The notes beneath the pieces were generated by a model that was given only the letters and a program-made list of their open reading frames with translations, had not been told where the DNA came from and did no database searches. Positions 44,357 through 54,410 of a stretch of DNA of 64,000 nt are shown here, piece by piece. This stretch comes from an uncultured Methanomassiliicoccales archaeon (GTDB taxonomy: Archaea; Thermoplasmatota; Thermoplasmata; Methanomassiliicoccales; UBA472). Numbering within the stretch: position 1 is the first letter of the stretch; every line of letters starts with the position of its first letter. The position numbers and the translations under genes are program-made. The stretch covers positions 7,019-71,018 of the forward strand of contig CAVTBB010000003.1 in the NCBI GenBank assembly GCA_963732855.1, written 5' to 3'.

Positions 44357-46747
44357 ATGGGGTGCACAATGAAACCATTGTACAAGGTCATCATCGTCCT
44401 TGTTGCAGCGATAGTTCTGGTCTCTGCCCTGGCCAGTGCATTCAATCAGATCGCCACATCGCCGATCCTGACCAAAAACCTGAATACGCAGGACAGAGAC
44501 CAGGATCTGCCCATCCCTCGTGAAATACCGGATTTAAACATCACCGATCCGAAGCAGAACCACCGACTGCCCGATCTAAACGATACGGTCGTACCGCCTA
44601 AGATCGATAACGGCATGGTGCCGAACGCCACCGGTTCCCAAAACCTCACCGGCAAAACGAACGTCAGCGGTACCGTTTTCGTTGATCAGAACGGGGACGG
44701 GATCGCGGACCCGGGAGAAGTACAACCGAACGTAGGGGTGGAGCTGTTCGATCAGAACGGGACCTTGATAGCAACCACCCAGACCGATGAGAATGGCAAC
44801 TACACGTTCACTGGGATCGATCCCGGAAAGTATAATGTCAGCACATTCCCCGGAACCAACGGGAATGTTACCGGGGGCGGCAATCAGACCATAGAAGTGG
44901 TGGATGGACCGATACAGGACGTCGACCTCAACCCGTCCCCCCAAGAGGCCGCCAACCCGACGATCGACACCGTGACCGACATCGTCACATCAATGGACCT
45001 GGTGAAGAAGGGGGTCCTATTCCCTGTCGGTGGGACTGTGGCGACTTCTTCTGGTACACCGATCACGGGGATTCCGGTCATGGTCTTCGTTTCCGAGAAC
45101 AAGACCGCCTCTGAACGTTATTTCATCGGGGCGGGCATCGTTCAGAATGGACAATTCATCGCAAGCTGCATGATCCCCGACGAACTGAAACTGGGCAACT
45201 ACCAGCTGATCGCTCGTTCCCTGGGAAATGACACCTACAAGCCGTCCGAGAGCGATCCACCGGTGAAGGTCACTGACGAGTCCAGGCTCACCATCGAGGC
45301 CGCTGATAGGATGATATTGGGATCGTATCTCGATCTGGTCATCACGCTCAAGGAGAACAGTTCATCGAAACCGGTCATGGGGGCGGAGGTCTCCTATTCG
45401 ATAAGTCATGCCGAAGCAAATCTGATCGGAGGAACGGGCACCACCGACGAAAACGGCATTGTGACCTCGAGCTGGCTCATGATCATTCCTGGCAATTACA
45501 CCATCTCCGTCGCTTTCAAAGGAAACTCCGATCTGTATGATACAAAAGAGAACAAGACCGTTACCGTGCTCGATATCGAGGTCGATACCTCACCCGAGTA
45601 CATGGTCAGAGGCTATGACAACAGACTATACGTCCTGGTCCATGCGTCGGAACTGCCAGTCCCGAACAAGACCGTGATCGTGTATCTCGAGGAATACGCT
45701 GTTGGGATCTATGAGACGGATGCTGATGGACGCTTAAATGCCACCGTCCCAGTGCCGTATTATCAGCCGCTGGGCACCTGTCACATGACATTCGCGATAA
45801 ACTCTGTTAAAAGCTGCCAGAATATTTTGACGGTCATGTCCATGACCACGATGCTGGTCAATGTCGATGGGAACAATGTCAATGCCACGCTGCTTGACGA
45901 TCACAACCGGACCATGCTCGAAATGCCGTTAGTACTGAAAAAATCAGATCAAACCGCCGTGGACATCGCGACCAGCAGGGTCGGTGCAGAATTTTCTCTG
46001 AAAGAAGACGTGGAGGCGGACTACACCGTTCTGTTCAACGGGACATCGATCTATGTGGCCTCTTCGGCGATCGTGCACTACTCTCCGACGGGATTGGGAC
46101 AAGGCATAGACTGGTTAATTATTGGAGCGCTGGGCGTGATCACCGCGGCGGTAGTGGTGGGATTCCTGATATTCCGCCGGCGAAAAGATGTGGCACCGGT
46201 CGCGCAAGAAGCAGCGCCATTTCTGCCATCGCAGATGACGAGGCTACCGACGTCCCCGTACGGCCTTACCTTCCCTCAGATTGACGATGGGATGCCCCCG
46301 GTCTGGGGGGAGAATGAACCATTGCTCTTCCATATCTCGGGGGGATTGGGGGAAGTACAACTGGAATTGGACGGGAACGGTTCCAAGGTGGACCTGGATT
46401 CTGGTTCAGGATCATATATAGTGACGTTCCAGAAGGGAGAGCACCTCATCTCTGTGACCGGCCCCCTGGGGACGACCGCGGTAATGGTCCGGGTGGTGAA
46501 CTACCGGGAAGAGACCGTCCGTTTGTACCGTTCGGCATTCGATACCTGGAATACCGAAGGCAACGGTATATCCGATTCAATGACCCCGAGAGAACTGCAG
46601 TCAGCAATCGAGAGGCGGCTGGACTGTTCAATGCACGGACAATTAGATGTGGTAATATCCCTATTCGAGATCGCCCAGTTCAGCCAACGGCCCATCGGTC
46701 GGCCGGAGTATGAAAGCATGTTCCGAGCATCGGACAAGGTGAGCTGA
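44357..46747 (+). CDS. large membrane-anchored surface protein with SdrD-B/Cna-B-like fold region and cytoplasmic DUF4129-like tail
   Basis: The 796-aa product has an N-terminal anchor (LYKVIIVLVAAIVLVSALA). An SdrD-B-like block (GTVFVDQNGDGIADPGE..ELFDQNGTLIATTQTDENGNYTF) and many N-x-S/T sequons follow. A second TM (WLIIGALGVITAAVVVGFLIF) and a tail with MTPRELQSAIERRL...LFEIAQFSQRP complete it. Confidence 0.75.
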   Translation: MGCTMKPLYKVIIVLVAAIVLVSALASAFNQIATSPILTKNLNTQDRDQDLPIPREIPDLNITDPKQNHRLPDLNDTVVPPKIDNGMVPNATGSQNLTGKTNVSGTVFVDQNGDGIADPGEVQPNVGVELFDQNGTLIATTQTDENGNYTFTGIDPGKYNVSTFPGTNGNVTGGGNQTIEVVDGPIQDVDLNPSPQEAANPTIDTVTDIVTSMDLVKKGVLFPVGGTVATSSGTPITGIPVMVFVSENKTASERYFIGAGIVQNGQFIASCMIPDELKLGNYQLIARSLGNDTYKPSESDPPVKVTDESRLTIEAADRMILGSYLDLVITLKENSSSKPVMGAEVSYSISHAEANLIGGTGTTDENGIVTSSWLMIIPGNYTISVAFKGNSDLYDTKENKTVTVLDIEVDTSPEYMVRGYDNRLYVLVHASELPVPNKTVIVYLEEYAVGIYETDADGRLNATVPVPYYQPLGTCHMTFAINSVKSCQNILTVMSMTTMLVNVDGNNVNATLLDDHNRTMLEMPLVLKKSDQTAVDIATSRVGAEFSLKEDVEADYTVLFNGTSIYVASSAIVHYSPTGLGQGIDWLIIGALGVITAAVVVGFLIFRRRKDVAPVAQEAAPFLPSQMTRLPTSPYGLTFPQIDDGMPPVWGENEPLLFHISGGLGEVQLELDGNGSKVDLDSGSGSYIVTFQKGEHLISVTGPLGTTAVMVRVVNYREETVRLYRSAFDTWNTEGNGISDSMTPRELQSAIERRLDCSMHGQLDVVISLFEIAQFSQRPIGRPEYESMFRASDKVS

Positions 46748-46752
46748 GCCCA

Positions 46753-47922
46753 ATGGAATTCTGGAGCAAAGCGGCAGGCGATGCTGACGGAGGGACGGCG
46801 GTCCGCAGGAAGGTCCTGTTGGTGGTGTTCATCACCGCCGCGATCGTGCTCATGGCGGCCGGGGTATTGATGGTCCTGAGCCCGTCAGGAAGCCGGTTCA
46901 ACCTCTGGTTCGTGTTTCCAGGTGTTTGCACAATGGCAGGATGCTATCTCGCATCCGGACTGATAGGCGCAATGGCAAAGGGCAAATTGGCTGATTCTTT
47001 GCACTCAGGCATCCAGGTTCTGACCCTGGCTCTCCTGCTGGGGTTGCTCGCCATCTTCTTTCCAAACGCGCCGAAAGGGGCACTCGGTTTCGGTCTGATG
47101 CTGATGTTGACCGGGGGCTTGAACTTGGTCGCCTTCGTTGCCAAAGCATACTCGGATCATTATTGGCTAGTAGGGAGGGCTATCGTGATCATGATGCTGG
47201 GCCTTACCCTTGAGATGGGTGTCGCCCTGACGACCGTCTCTGATATCCTGAGAGGTATACCGCTAATGGTGGCGATCATCATAGCGATGCTGTCATTGAC
47301 GGGGATACTGCAACACCACAGCAACTCGACCGCGCGGTTGATCGGCCGTTTCTTCCGAAATGCCTCCAACATGATCACAGTGACGGTGGTCCTGACCCTG
47401 GTTTTCGTTTATGCCCTGAAGTTGAGAAGTGAGATCGCCCAGAAGGCACCCGAGCAGACCCTGCTAGCAGAGTGGATCGTTCTGGCCGTTGTGATCATCG
47501 TGGTGGGATACAAGTTCTTCTCCTTCTTCCGTTCCAGGGAAAAACCTCAGGATTTCTGTGACACACGCAAACTGGTCCAGTCGATATATCATGACAGGGG
47601 CGATACCGGCTACGCCCAGAGCGTGGTGGACCAGTTCATCGTCGAGGGCAAGAGGGAACCTCTTGTGGTTCTACTAACGACGGTTCTGGTACAAGGCCGA
47701 CTGAACCCTTTTGAGGTAGAGAGGATCATTGGAGGCGTGGTCCGTTACAATTCCAAAGAACAAAGGTTCGCCTTCCGGTGGGCCTTGGGCAACGAATTGG
47801 CGACGATCAGAGAAGAGAGGACAAGGATAGCGTTCGATGCGCTCGATCAGACGGCACAGATCCTAGGCGCTGGCTATCTTATGTCCAATCGTGCCGACCC
47901 GACCAGGATCGGAGAGGGATAG
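46753..47922 (+). CDS. polytopic membrane protein with C-terminal soluble domain
   Basis: The 389-aa product has about 8 hydrophobic helices followed by a ~130-aa hydrophilic region. It starts 5 nt after the preceding gene. Confidence 0.6.
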   Translation: MEFWSKAAGDADGGTAVRRKVLLVVFITAAIVLMAAGVLMVLSPSGSRFNLWFVFPGVCTMAGCYLASGLIGAMAKGKLADSLHSGIQVLTLALLLGLLAIFFPNAPKGALGFGLMLMLTGGLNLVAFVAKAYSDHYWLVGRAIVIMMLGLTLEMGVALTTVSDILRGIPLMVAIIIAMLSLTGILQHHSNSTARLIGRFFRNASNMITVTVVLTLVFVYALKLRSEIAQKAPEQTLLAEWIVLAVVIIVVGYKFFSFFRSREKPQDFCDTRKLVQSIYHDRGDTGYAQSVVDQFIVEGKREPLVVLLTTVLVQGRLNPFEVERIIGGVVRYNSKEQRFAFRWALGNELATIREERTRIAFDALDQTAQILGAGYLMSNRADPTRIGEG

Positions 47923-47923
47923 A

Positions 47924-48898
47924 ATGGAGATCTCAGAATTCAGGCAACGTTCTAAGAACATAATCGATGCGACCGGCGGGGTGTTCGTGGGGGACGAGCT
48001 CATCCTTAGAAAGCTCCTATGCGCGGCGCTTGCGAATGGCCATGTGCTTTTCGAAGACAAACCGGGACTGGGCAAGACCCTGCTGGCCAAAGTGTTTGCG
48101 AAGGTCACCGGATGTAATTGGGGCAGGGTCCAGTTCACGCCCGACCTGATGCCCATGGACATCCTCGGTACGAGGATCTGGAGGGCGAAGACCTCGGAAT
48201 TCGTGCTGGAGAAGGGACCGGTCTTCACCAACATCCTCCTGGCGGACGAGATCAACCGTTCCCCGCCCAAGACCCAGTCGGCCTTGCTGGAGGCCATGGA
48301 GGAACGTCAGGTAACGATCGAGGGAACCACCCATCAACTGACCAAACCGTTCTTCGTGATCGCCACCCAAAACCCCATCGAGCAGGAGGGGACGTTCCCG
48401 TTGCCAGAGGCGCAGATGGACCGGTTCCTGCTCAAGATGGCGACCGGCTACGTCAAGACCACGCAATTGGAGAGCGAGATCCTACGCCGCCGCATAAGGT
48501 GGCAGGCCGACGATCCGGTGGACCGGTTGGTCCCCGCCATGGACCAGGCCAAGTTCGTAGAGATGCAGGAACTAGTGGAGAAGGGAGTCTATGCAGATGA
48601 CCAGATCCTCGATTATGTGAGCACGATCGTGCGCGCGACAAGGGAGCACGCGGCGGTGGAGGTGGGTGCCAGCCCAAGGGGTTCCCTTTCACTCTTGAAG
48701 GTCTCTAGGGCCCATGCGGCGATGATGGGGCGGGATTTCGTTACGCCAGACGACGTGAAGCTCTTCGTCCATGAGGCGCTATGCCACCGCATTATCATGA
48801 AAATGGAGTACGAGATCGACAACCGTGTCACGCCCCAATCGGTGGTCGACACGATAGTCGCCCAGACACCGGTGCCCAAGGACTTCGACCGGAAGTGA
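47924..48898 (+). CDS. moxR: MoxR-family AAA+ ATPase
   Basis: The product has Walker A EDKPGLGKT, Walker B ILLADEINRSPPKTQSALLEAMEERQVT and FFVIATQNP. Confidence 0.92.
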   Translation: MEISEFRQRSKNIIDATGGVFVGDELILRKLLCAALANGHVLFEDKPGLGKTLLAKVFAKVTGCNWGRVQFTPDLMPMDILGTRIWRAKTSEFVLEKGPVFTNILLADEINRSPPKTQSALLEAMEERQVTIEGTTHQLTKPFFVIATQNPIEQEGTFPLPEAQMDRFLLKMATGYVKTTQLESEILRRRIRWQADDPVDRLVPAMDQAKFVEMQELVEKGVYADDQILDYVSTIVRATREHAAVEVGASPRGSLSLLKVSRAHAAMMGRDFVTPDDVKLFVHEALCHRIIMKMEYEIDNRVTPQSVVDTIVAQTPVPKDFDRK

Positions 48899-48902
48899 AT
48901 TG

Positions 48903-50192
48903 ATGCTGCCCCGGGTGTCGGCCGAGTTCAAGACCTTCGCCATACTGCTAGTGGTCGGGATATTCCTGGGCAACGTGCTGATCGTCCTGCTCTCACTCAT
49001 CCCGATGCTGTTCGTGGTATTGTCTTTGCTGTACCACTCCCCGACCCGGATGAGCATGTCCCGTCCGATTCCCCGCCTGAACGCCTACATCAATGAGGAA
49101 GTGACGGTGAGTTCAGAGCTCTCTGTGCATGATGGCATCGGTATCGTTACCGTTGGGGACTATTTACCGGCACATTTCCGGATCGCTGAGGGCAACAACT
49201 TCAGGGTCTTCTGGAAATCGGGAAGATCTCTCAAGGTATCAATGAAATACACCGTTGAGTGCACCAAGCGGGGAGTCTATGCCATCGGCAATTCGAACAT
49301 CGAATCCATCAATTTCGCTGGAATCGAGGAGAACGTCATTGTCCCTGCAAATCTGCCAGTGGAACTGTTGGTCCAGCAGCGCCCCATGGACTTACGGAAG
49401 ATGAGGGACCCCAGACTACTATCCAGAGTTCCCATGCCGCTCGGTGCGGCGAGCAAGCTTGGATCGATCACCACCGATTTTAAAGAACTCCGAGAATACC
49501 GCCAGGGAGACCCTTTCCGACATATCAACTGGAAGGCCAGTGTCAGGAACGCGGACCTGGACATAAGCAACCCGCTGGTCAATGAGTACGAGAGGGAAGG
49601 ACAGCAGGTAGTATGGATCTTCCTGGACGCATCTGAGACGATGTCTGTCGGTTCCAGCGTCGAGAATGCTTTCGAGCACGGTGTCAGGGCTGCCAACGGC
49701 CTTTCCCAGTTCTACCTGGCTAGAAATTGCCGGGTCGGCCTGAAAGCATTCAACTCAGGGCGTCAGATCCTTCCGGACGTCGGAAGGAGGCAGCGCGCCA
49801 TGATATCGAAGCTGCTGCTTGGAGTGGAGATGACCAAGCTGAGGGGCATGCTTAAGGACGACGTCCGCTCCTGCCGAGGACACCTGGTCGGTTCCAGCCC
49901 TCTTTTCATCGTGATCACCATGGTCAGACCGGATAACGTCGAGGAGCTCAGAACGGGCATCAGGGAGATGCGCCTTTCCTCCGGCCCTCGCTCCAAGGTT
50001 CTGGTGCTCCATATTGACGGCAACGGTCTGATCCCGACGAACGAGGTGGAGGAAGCTGGCACAATGGCCGCGAACCTGCTGTCGCTCTCTTCCCTGCGGT
50101 CCCTTGCCATCGCCGGTACGACCGTTGTTCCCTGGAACCCGCGGCGGCAGACCCTGAACGATATGATGCTCAAAGGCATGCGGAGGAAGTGA
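48903..50192 (+). CDS. DUF58 domain protein (vWA-like, MoxR partner)
   Basis: The product has two N-terminal TM segments and the DUF58 signature ELREYRQGDPFRHINWKASVR. Confidence 0.85.
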   Translation: MLPRVSAEFKTFAILLVVGIFLGNVLIVLLSLIPMLFVVLSLLYHSPTRMSMSRPIPRLNAYINEEVTVSSELSVHDGIGIVTVGDYLPAHFRIAEGNNFRVFWKSGRSLKVSMKYTVECTKRGVYAIGNSNIESINFAGIEENVIVPANLPVELLVQQRPMDLRKMRDPRLLSRVPMPLGAASKLGSITTDFKELREYRQGDPFRHINWKASVRNADLDISNPLVNEYEREGQQVVWIFLDASETMSVGSSVENAFEHGVRAANGLSQFYLARNCRVGLKAFNSGRQILPDVGRRQRAMISKLLLGVEMTKLRGMLKDDVRSCRGHLVGSSPLFIVITMVRPDNVEELRTGIREMRLSSGPRSKVLVLHIDGNGLIPTNEVEEAGTMAANLLSLSSLRSLAIAGTTVVPWNPRRQTLNDMMLKGMRRK

Positions 50193-50193
50193 C

Positions 50194-50916
50194 ATGGTCG
50201 AACCATTTGAGGAGGACCATCCGAATCTCCTGCCCAGGACGATCACGACCCTCGTGGTCCTGTTGGCCTTTGTAATGAGCGTGATCACGCTTATGAACTA
50301 CGGCTTCTACATTTATCTCAGATCAGGAGCTTCGTCCTTCTTCCGAGCATTGGGCATCGGCTTCAACACCGACATCATCCTGATCGGTCTGATGCTCATC
50401 GTGGTGCTGATTGGGGTCATCAGTGAAAAGAGGCTGAAGGCTACCCTGAGATCCGGATGGGCCATGCTCATTCCGGTATTGCTGTTCTATTCAAAGATCG
50501 ACTGGATGTACCTGATGGGGTTGCCCGGCAATTTCAGTCTGTTTGCAAATGACCTTCCCGAGATCTACGTCTTCCTGAACGGGGCGGCGTTGCTCTGCGC
50601 CAGCCTCCTGCTCCGTTCCCACCTCCACCTGACCTGGGTCAGAAAGATACTGGCCTGGCGTGGGGCGTCGACCGAGGACCTCGATCCTGCCATACGGGGC
50701 AATTTCTTCTTCCTGTTGCTACTGGTGGCGATGTCGGCTGGCGCCGCTGCCCTCATAGGCGCCGCGGTCGGTCTGATCACACCAGCATTCAGCATTGCCA
50801 GCGGAGCGACGGCATACGCGTATCTGATAGTGGGCCTGATCGCAAACGCGGCCATCATCATCGTTTTCGCTCTCTATATCTGGAACAGCAAGAGGGCTTC
50901 GCCCGAAGGGGAATGA
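50194..50916 (+). CDS. hypothetical polytopic membrane protein
   Basis: The 240-aa product has about 6 hydrophobic helices. It starts 1 nt after the DUF58 stop. Confidence 0.55.
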   Translation: MVEPFEEDHPNLLPRTITTLVVLLAFVMSVITLMNYGFYIYLRSGASSFFRALGIGFNTDIILIGLMLIVVLIGVISEKRLKATLRSGWAMLIPVLLFYSKIDWMYLMGLPGNFSLFANDLPEIYVFLNGAALLCASLLLRSHLHLTWVRKILAWRGASTEDLDPAIRGNFFFLLLLVAMSAGAAALIGAAVGLITPAFSIASGATAYAYLIVGLIANAAIIIVFALYIWNSKRASPEGE

Positions 50917-50935
50917 GCCCCGACTGCCGGGATCA

Positions 50936-52485
50936 TCACAAGGTCTTAACACAGGCCAGACTTTCTCTCTTCGGCAGGGTGAAGAAGAATGTAGCCCCTT
51001 TGCCGGGTTCCGATTCGAACCATATCTTGCCGCCATGCCGTTCTACTATCTTCTTGCAGATCGCAAGCCCCATTCCGTTCCCCGGATATTCCTCGCGAGT
51101 ATGCAATCTCTTGAATATCTGGAATATCCGTTCGGAGTGTTCAGGGGGATTCCTATTCCGTTGTCCCGCACAGAGATCGTCCAATCCTTTCCTACAGCCT
51201 GAGCGGACAGATGCACCACGGGTGTATGCCCATTTTGGAACTTCAATGCGTTGGAGATCAGATTCTGGAACAACTGGCCTATCTGCCTCCGATCGCCGAT
51301 CACCTGAGGCAGCGGGTCATGGGTCAGGTTCGTGCCGGTGTCATTGATGTAGACCTCAAGATTCGTGGTCACGATTTCTAGCTCTTCTTCCAGATCGACC
51401 GTTTCAGGGGGGGATGTGCTGCGGTCGATACGGGAGTACATCAGTAGTCCGTCGACCATATCATTCATCCTCCTGGCACCATCGACGGCATATCCGATGT
51501 ATTCGGTCGCTTCATCGTCTAACTTATCCCTGTATCTCTTTTCCAATAACAGAAGGTAGTTTGAGACCATGCGCAACGGTTCCTTCAGGTCGTGGGAGGC
51601 GATGTAGGTGAACTGCTCCAGTTCACGGTTAGATGTAGAAAGTTCCTTGGCGTTCTTCTCAATCTCCACCTCGGTGAACCGCTTCTCAACTATCAAGCCT
51701 ATCATCTTGGCCGAAGCCCTCATGTGACTTTTGGCCGCCTCCACCACGAAAGGCGCCCTGGAAATGTAGCTTTGAGCCGCTTTCATAAGCTCTTCCCCAT
51801 CTAGATGGTGCTGGTGGGCGATCTGCAACAGGATCGTCCGATCTTGCGGCGGATCCCCATATCCTATGTTGATGGAACCGATGATCTTACCTCTGGCCAT
51901 GATGGGAACAGCGTAGATGCGAAGCCCACCCGGACATGGCCGGTCCACCGGTCCTTCGGCCTCCTCGATGAGCTGGGTCGATCCACTCCAGCTACGATGA
52001 TGACATAGGAATTCCCCCACTTCCATGTCATTTCCTTCATCATCATTCCTAAAATTATGGTCCATATATCGGCACCAGTTTGATGTAAAGATGCCCATGG
52101 CGCATGTGCCATCATATTCATAGACCGCTGCAGAAGTACCCAGAAGGCTCAATGCATCAAGAATGGTCTCTTCCAGAACAACATTACCGACCGCTTCCAA
52201 GATCAGGTGCCGCTTATTATCTTCCCCGCCCAGGGCCCGGGCCTTCCCTTCTGCGGCCTTCCTACCCTCAAGCTCGCGAGAGGAGTCCGCTGACCTAAGT
52301 TCATTCCGGCACGCACCAATCTGAATTGGATCTTGCTTATCCCCGATCTTCGCCAGACAAGAAGTTACAATATGATGTCCCATGATTCTCTCTCCGACCT
52401 CAAGGTCCCATCGAGTCGCAGTGACCATGATCTGATTTCTATGAAGTATGAAAGAAGGTGATATTTCCTCTTTCCTGGGGCTCAA
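50936..52485 (-). pseudogene. sensor histidine kinase (Cys-containing PocR-like sensor, HisKA, HATPase_c) with a single-base frame shift in the ATPase domain
   Basis: The HisKA motif is FTYIASHDLKEPLR. The HATPase N-box region ends in [11 protein letters not shown] in one frame. [58 protein letters not shown] is in another frame. The join is at a C5 run (plus-strand GGGGG, 51144-51148) and the span is 1550 nt, which is 3n+2. Confidence 0.85.
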
Positions 52486-52580
52486 TGGCCTTCGGAGAAT
52501 GAATGTTAGCCGAACATCCTCTTATTCACCAATTCCATTTCTCAAGAGATTTAAATAATCCGTGCTAAAATAGTCAGTCC

Positions 52581-53384
52581 ATGGCCCCTTCGAGAAAGGA
52601 ACTGAAGGTGTTCACCGCGTCGCCAGAGGCGTTATGGATCGTCTCGACCCTTATTTGCGGTGAGCGGGATGCAATACTCATCGATGCCCAATTCACTCTC
52701 AGTGACGCCAGAAGGCTTGTCGCCATGATCCGGGAAACCGGCAAGAACCTGATGACAGTCTTCGTCACCCACCACCATCCAGATCACTATTTTGGCCTCG
52801 TGGAAATCTCGAAGGCATTCCCGGAGGCCATTATCTTAGCCCCTCCTACGACTGTGGAAAGCATCAAGAAGACATGGAAAAGCAAAGTGGAGCAATGGGC
52901 GCCTGTCTATGGTGACAACATCCCAACCACCCCGGTCATTCCTAAACCGATGAACGGCGTTGTCCTGGAGCTTGAAGGGGAGATGTTCCCAGTCTACATG
53001 AACGCCCAGGGGGACGACCATGGAAATTCGTACGTTTGGATCCCGTCCCTCAGGGCAGCAATCTGTGGAGATATCGTGTACAATGGTGTTTATCCGTGGA
53101 CGGCGGACACGACCACAGCTGAGAGAAAGGAATGGATAAGATCATTGGAAAGGATAGAATCACTGCGGCCAGAGATGGCAATTGCTGGGCACAGGGACCC
53201 GCAGAGGACCGATGACCCTTCATGTCTCCAGTTCACGAAGGACTACCTTAGGTTTTATGACGCCGCGGTGATCATCTCAAAGAGCGCCGAGGAACTGAGT
53301 TCCGCAGTGAAGAAAAGATTCAACGGGCTCGGCATGGATACGATATTGAATATTTCCACTGGGTCCTCATTCCCAATGAAATAA
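52581..53384 (+). CDS. MBL-fold metallo-hydrolase
   Basis: The 267-aa product has the VTHHHPDHYFG (HxHxDH) motif. Confidence 0.85.
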   Translation: MAPSRKELKVFTASPEALWIVSTLICGERDAILIDAQFTLSDARRLVAMIRETGKNLMTVFVTHHHPDHYFGLVEISKAFPEAIILAPPTTVESIKKTWKSKVEQWAPVYGDNIPTTPVIPKPMNGVVLELEGEMFPVYMNAQGDDHGNSYVWIPSLRAAICGDIVYNGVYPWTADTTTAERKEWIRSLERIESLRPEMAIAGHRDPQRTDDPSCLQFTKDYLRFYDAAVIISKSAEELSSAVKKRFNGLGMDTILNISTGSSFPMK

Positions 53385-53417
53385 TGTGCATCCGGGGGGT
53401 TCATTGCGTTCCTTGCG

Positions 53418-53807
53418 TTACTTCACAACGTCGACGAACACGTCATCACCTTCAACGATAACTGGAAAGGACCTCACATCCATCGTCTTGACTTTATCGA
53501 TCAGCTTACTTAGGTAGCCGGGGACGGCCGATGGACCATCGATCTTAGGGGGTGAACGAATGCGAGGCATGGCAGCATTGATCGCTTCCCCTGTAATCAC
53601 GGAGAACTGGGCACTGTGCATGGGGCAGGTCAGGATGTACTTGTTTAGGGTTCCGAGCTCCAAAGGAGCGCTCATGTGCCCGCAGCGCCTTTCCAATGCG
53701 AAGAATGTACCTTGGTAATTGCATAACACCATTTCAATCCCTTGCGCCTGGACCATCATGAGACCCCCAGGCATGATATCGCCCACCGATGCCACCTTGA
53801 TCTTCAT
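53418..53807 (-). CDS. Rieske-type [2Fe-2S] domain protein
   Basis: The 129-aa product has CGHMS...CPMHSAQF (CxH...CxxH). Its ATG shares one nucleotide with the upstream stop (TAATG). Confidence 0.8.
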   Translation of the reverse strand: MKIKVASVGDIMPGGLMMVQAQGIEMVLCNYQGTFFALERRCGHMSAPLELGTLNKYILTCPMHSAQFSVITGEAINAAMPRIRSPPKIDGPSAVPGYLSKLIDKVKTMDVRSFPVIVEGDDVFVDVVK

Positions 53808-54145
53808 TATTTAGCCCCCTCGATCTCTTCCAATGGGATCTGGCGGAGCTTGCTGGGGTCTTCGACATCCTTATGAACGAATAGCCCGCACCAGCAACGT
53901 TTCATGGCATCGAAATGCGCCTTGTGATGAGGTATACAGGGGCAAACGATCATCATGTCCCTCTTTCGGTCGCGGGTACGGCCCTGGCAAGGACAGTATG
54001 GGATCCCGGTTTGATGCATTAGCATCACCTCGGCGTCAAGCAGATCTGAGACCAGCTCATTGTCCGGTGTGAACTTATAGCCCAAAATGTCAACAACGGG
54101 ACCGAACTGGTCCTGAAGCGCCTTTTTCCTCAGTTCATCATTCAT
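53807..54145 (-). CDS. ferredoxin-thioredoxin reductase catalytic-subunit-like protein (FTRc/FDR family) with CWC variant
   Basis: The motifs YCPCQG, VCPCIP and RCWCGLF correspond to the CPC...CPC...CHC pattern of FTR catalytic subunits. I prefer the ATG at 54145 (MNDELRKK). Confidence 0.75.
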   Translation of the reverse strand: MNDELRKKALQDQFGPVVDILGYKFTPDNELVSDLLDAEVMLMHQTGIPYCPCQGRTRDRKRDMMIVCPCIPHHKAHFDAMKRCWCGLFVHKDVEDPSKLRQIPLEEIEGAK

Positions 54146-54150
54146 CTCAG

Positions 54151-54408
54151 TCACTTGTTCTTTTTCAGAAGCTCTTCGTACCGTTCCGGATTCCATCCGA
54201 TGACCACTGTCCCGTCAATGACCACATAGGGGAATGCGATCCCTCCTTTGCTGTACTTTCCCATCTCCTCCTCGATCCGATCCTGTCCAGCCTCATCTTG
54301 CAGATCGTAATCAACGAACTCGAATTCGATCCCGTGCTCCTTGAAGAACTTCTTGGTCTTTTTGCACCAAGGACAGTAGCTCAGCGTATACCCTGTGACC
54401 TTGTGCAT
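54151..54408 (-). CDS. glutaredoxin/NrdH-like small redox protein
   Basis: The active site is YCPWCKKTKKFF (CPWC) in a thioredoxin-fold-sized product. I prefer the ATG at 54408. Confidence 0.78.
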   Translation of the reverse strand: MHKVTGYTLSYCPWCKKTKKFFKEHGIEFEFVDYDLQDEAGQDRIEEEMGKYSKGGIAFPYVVIDGTVVIGWNPERYEELLKKNK

Positions 54409-54410
54409 AT

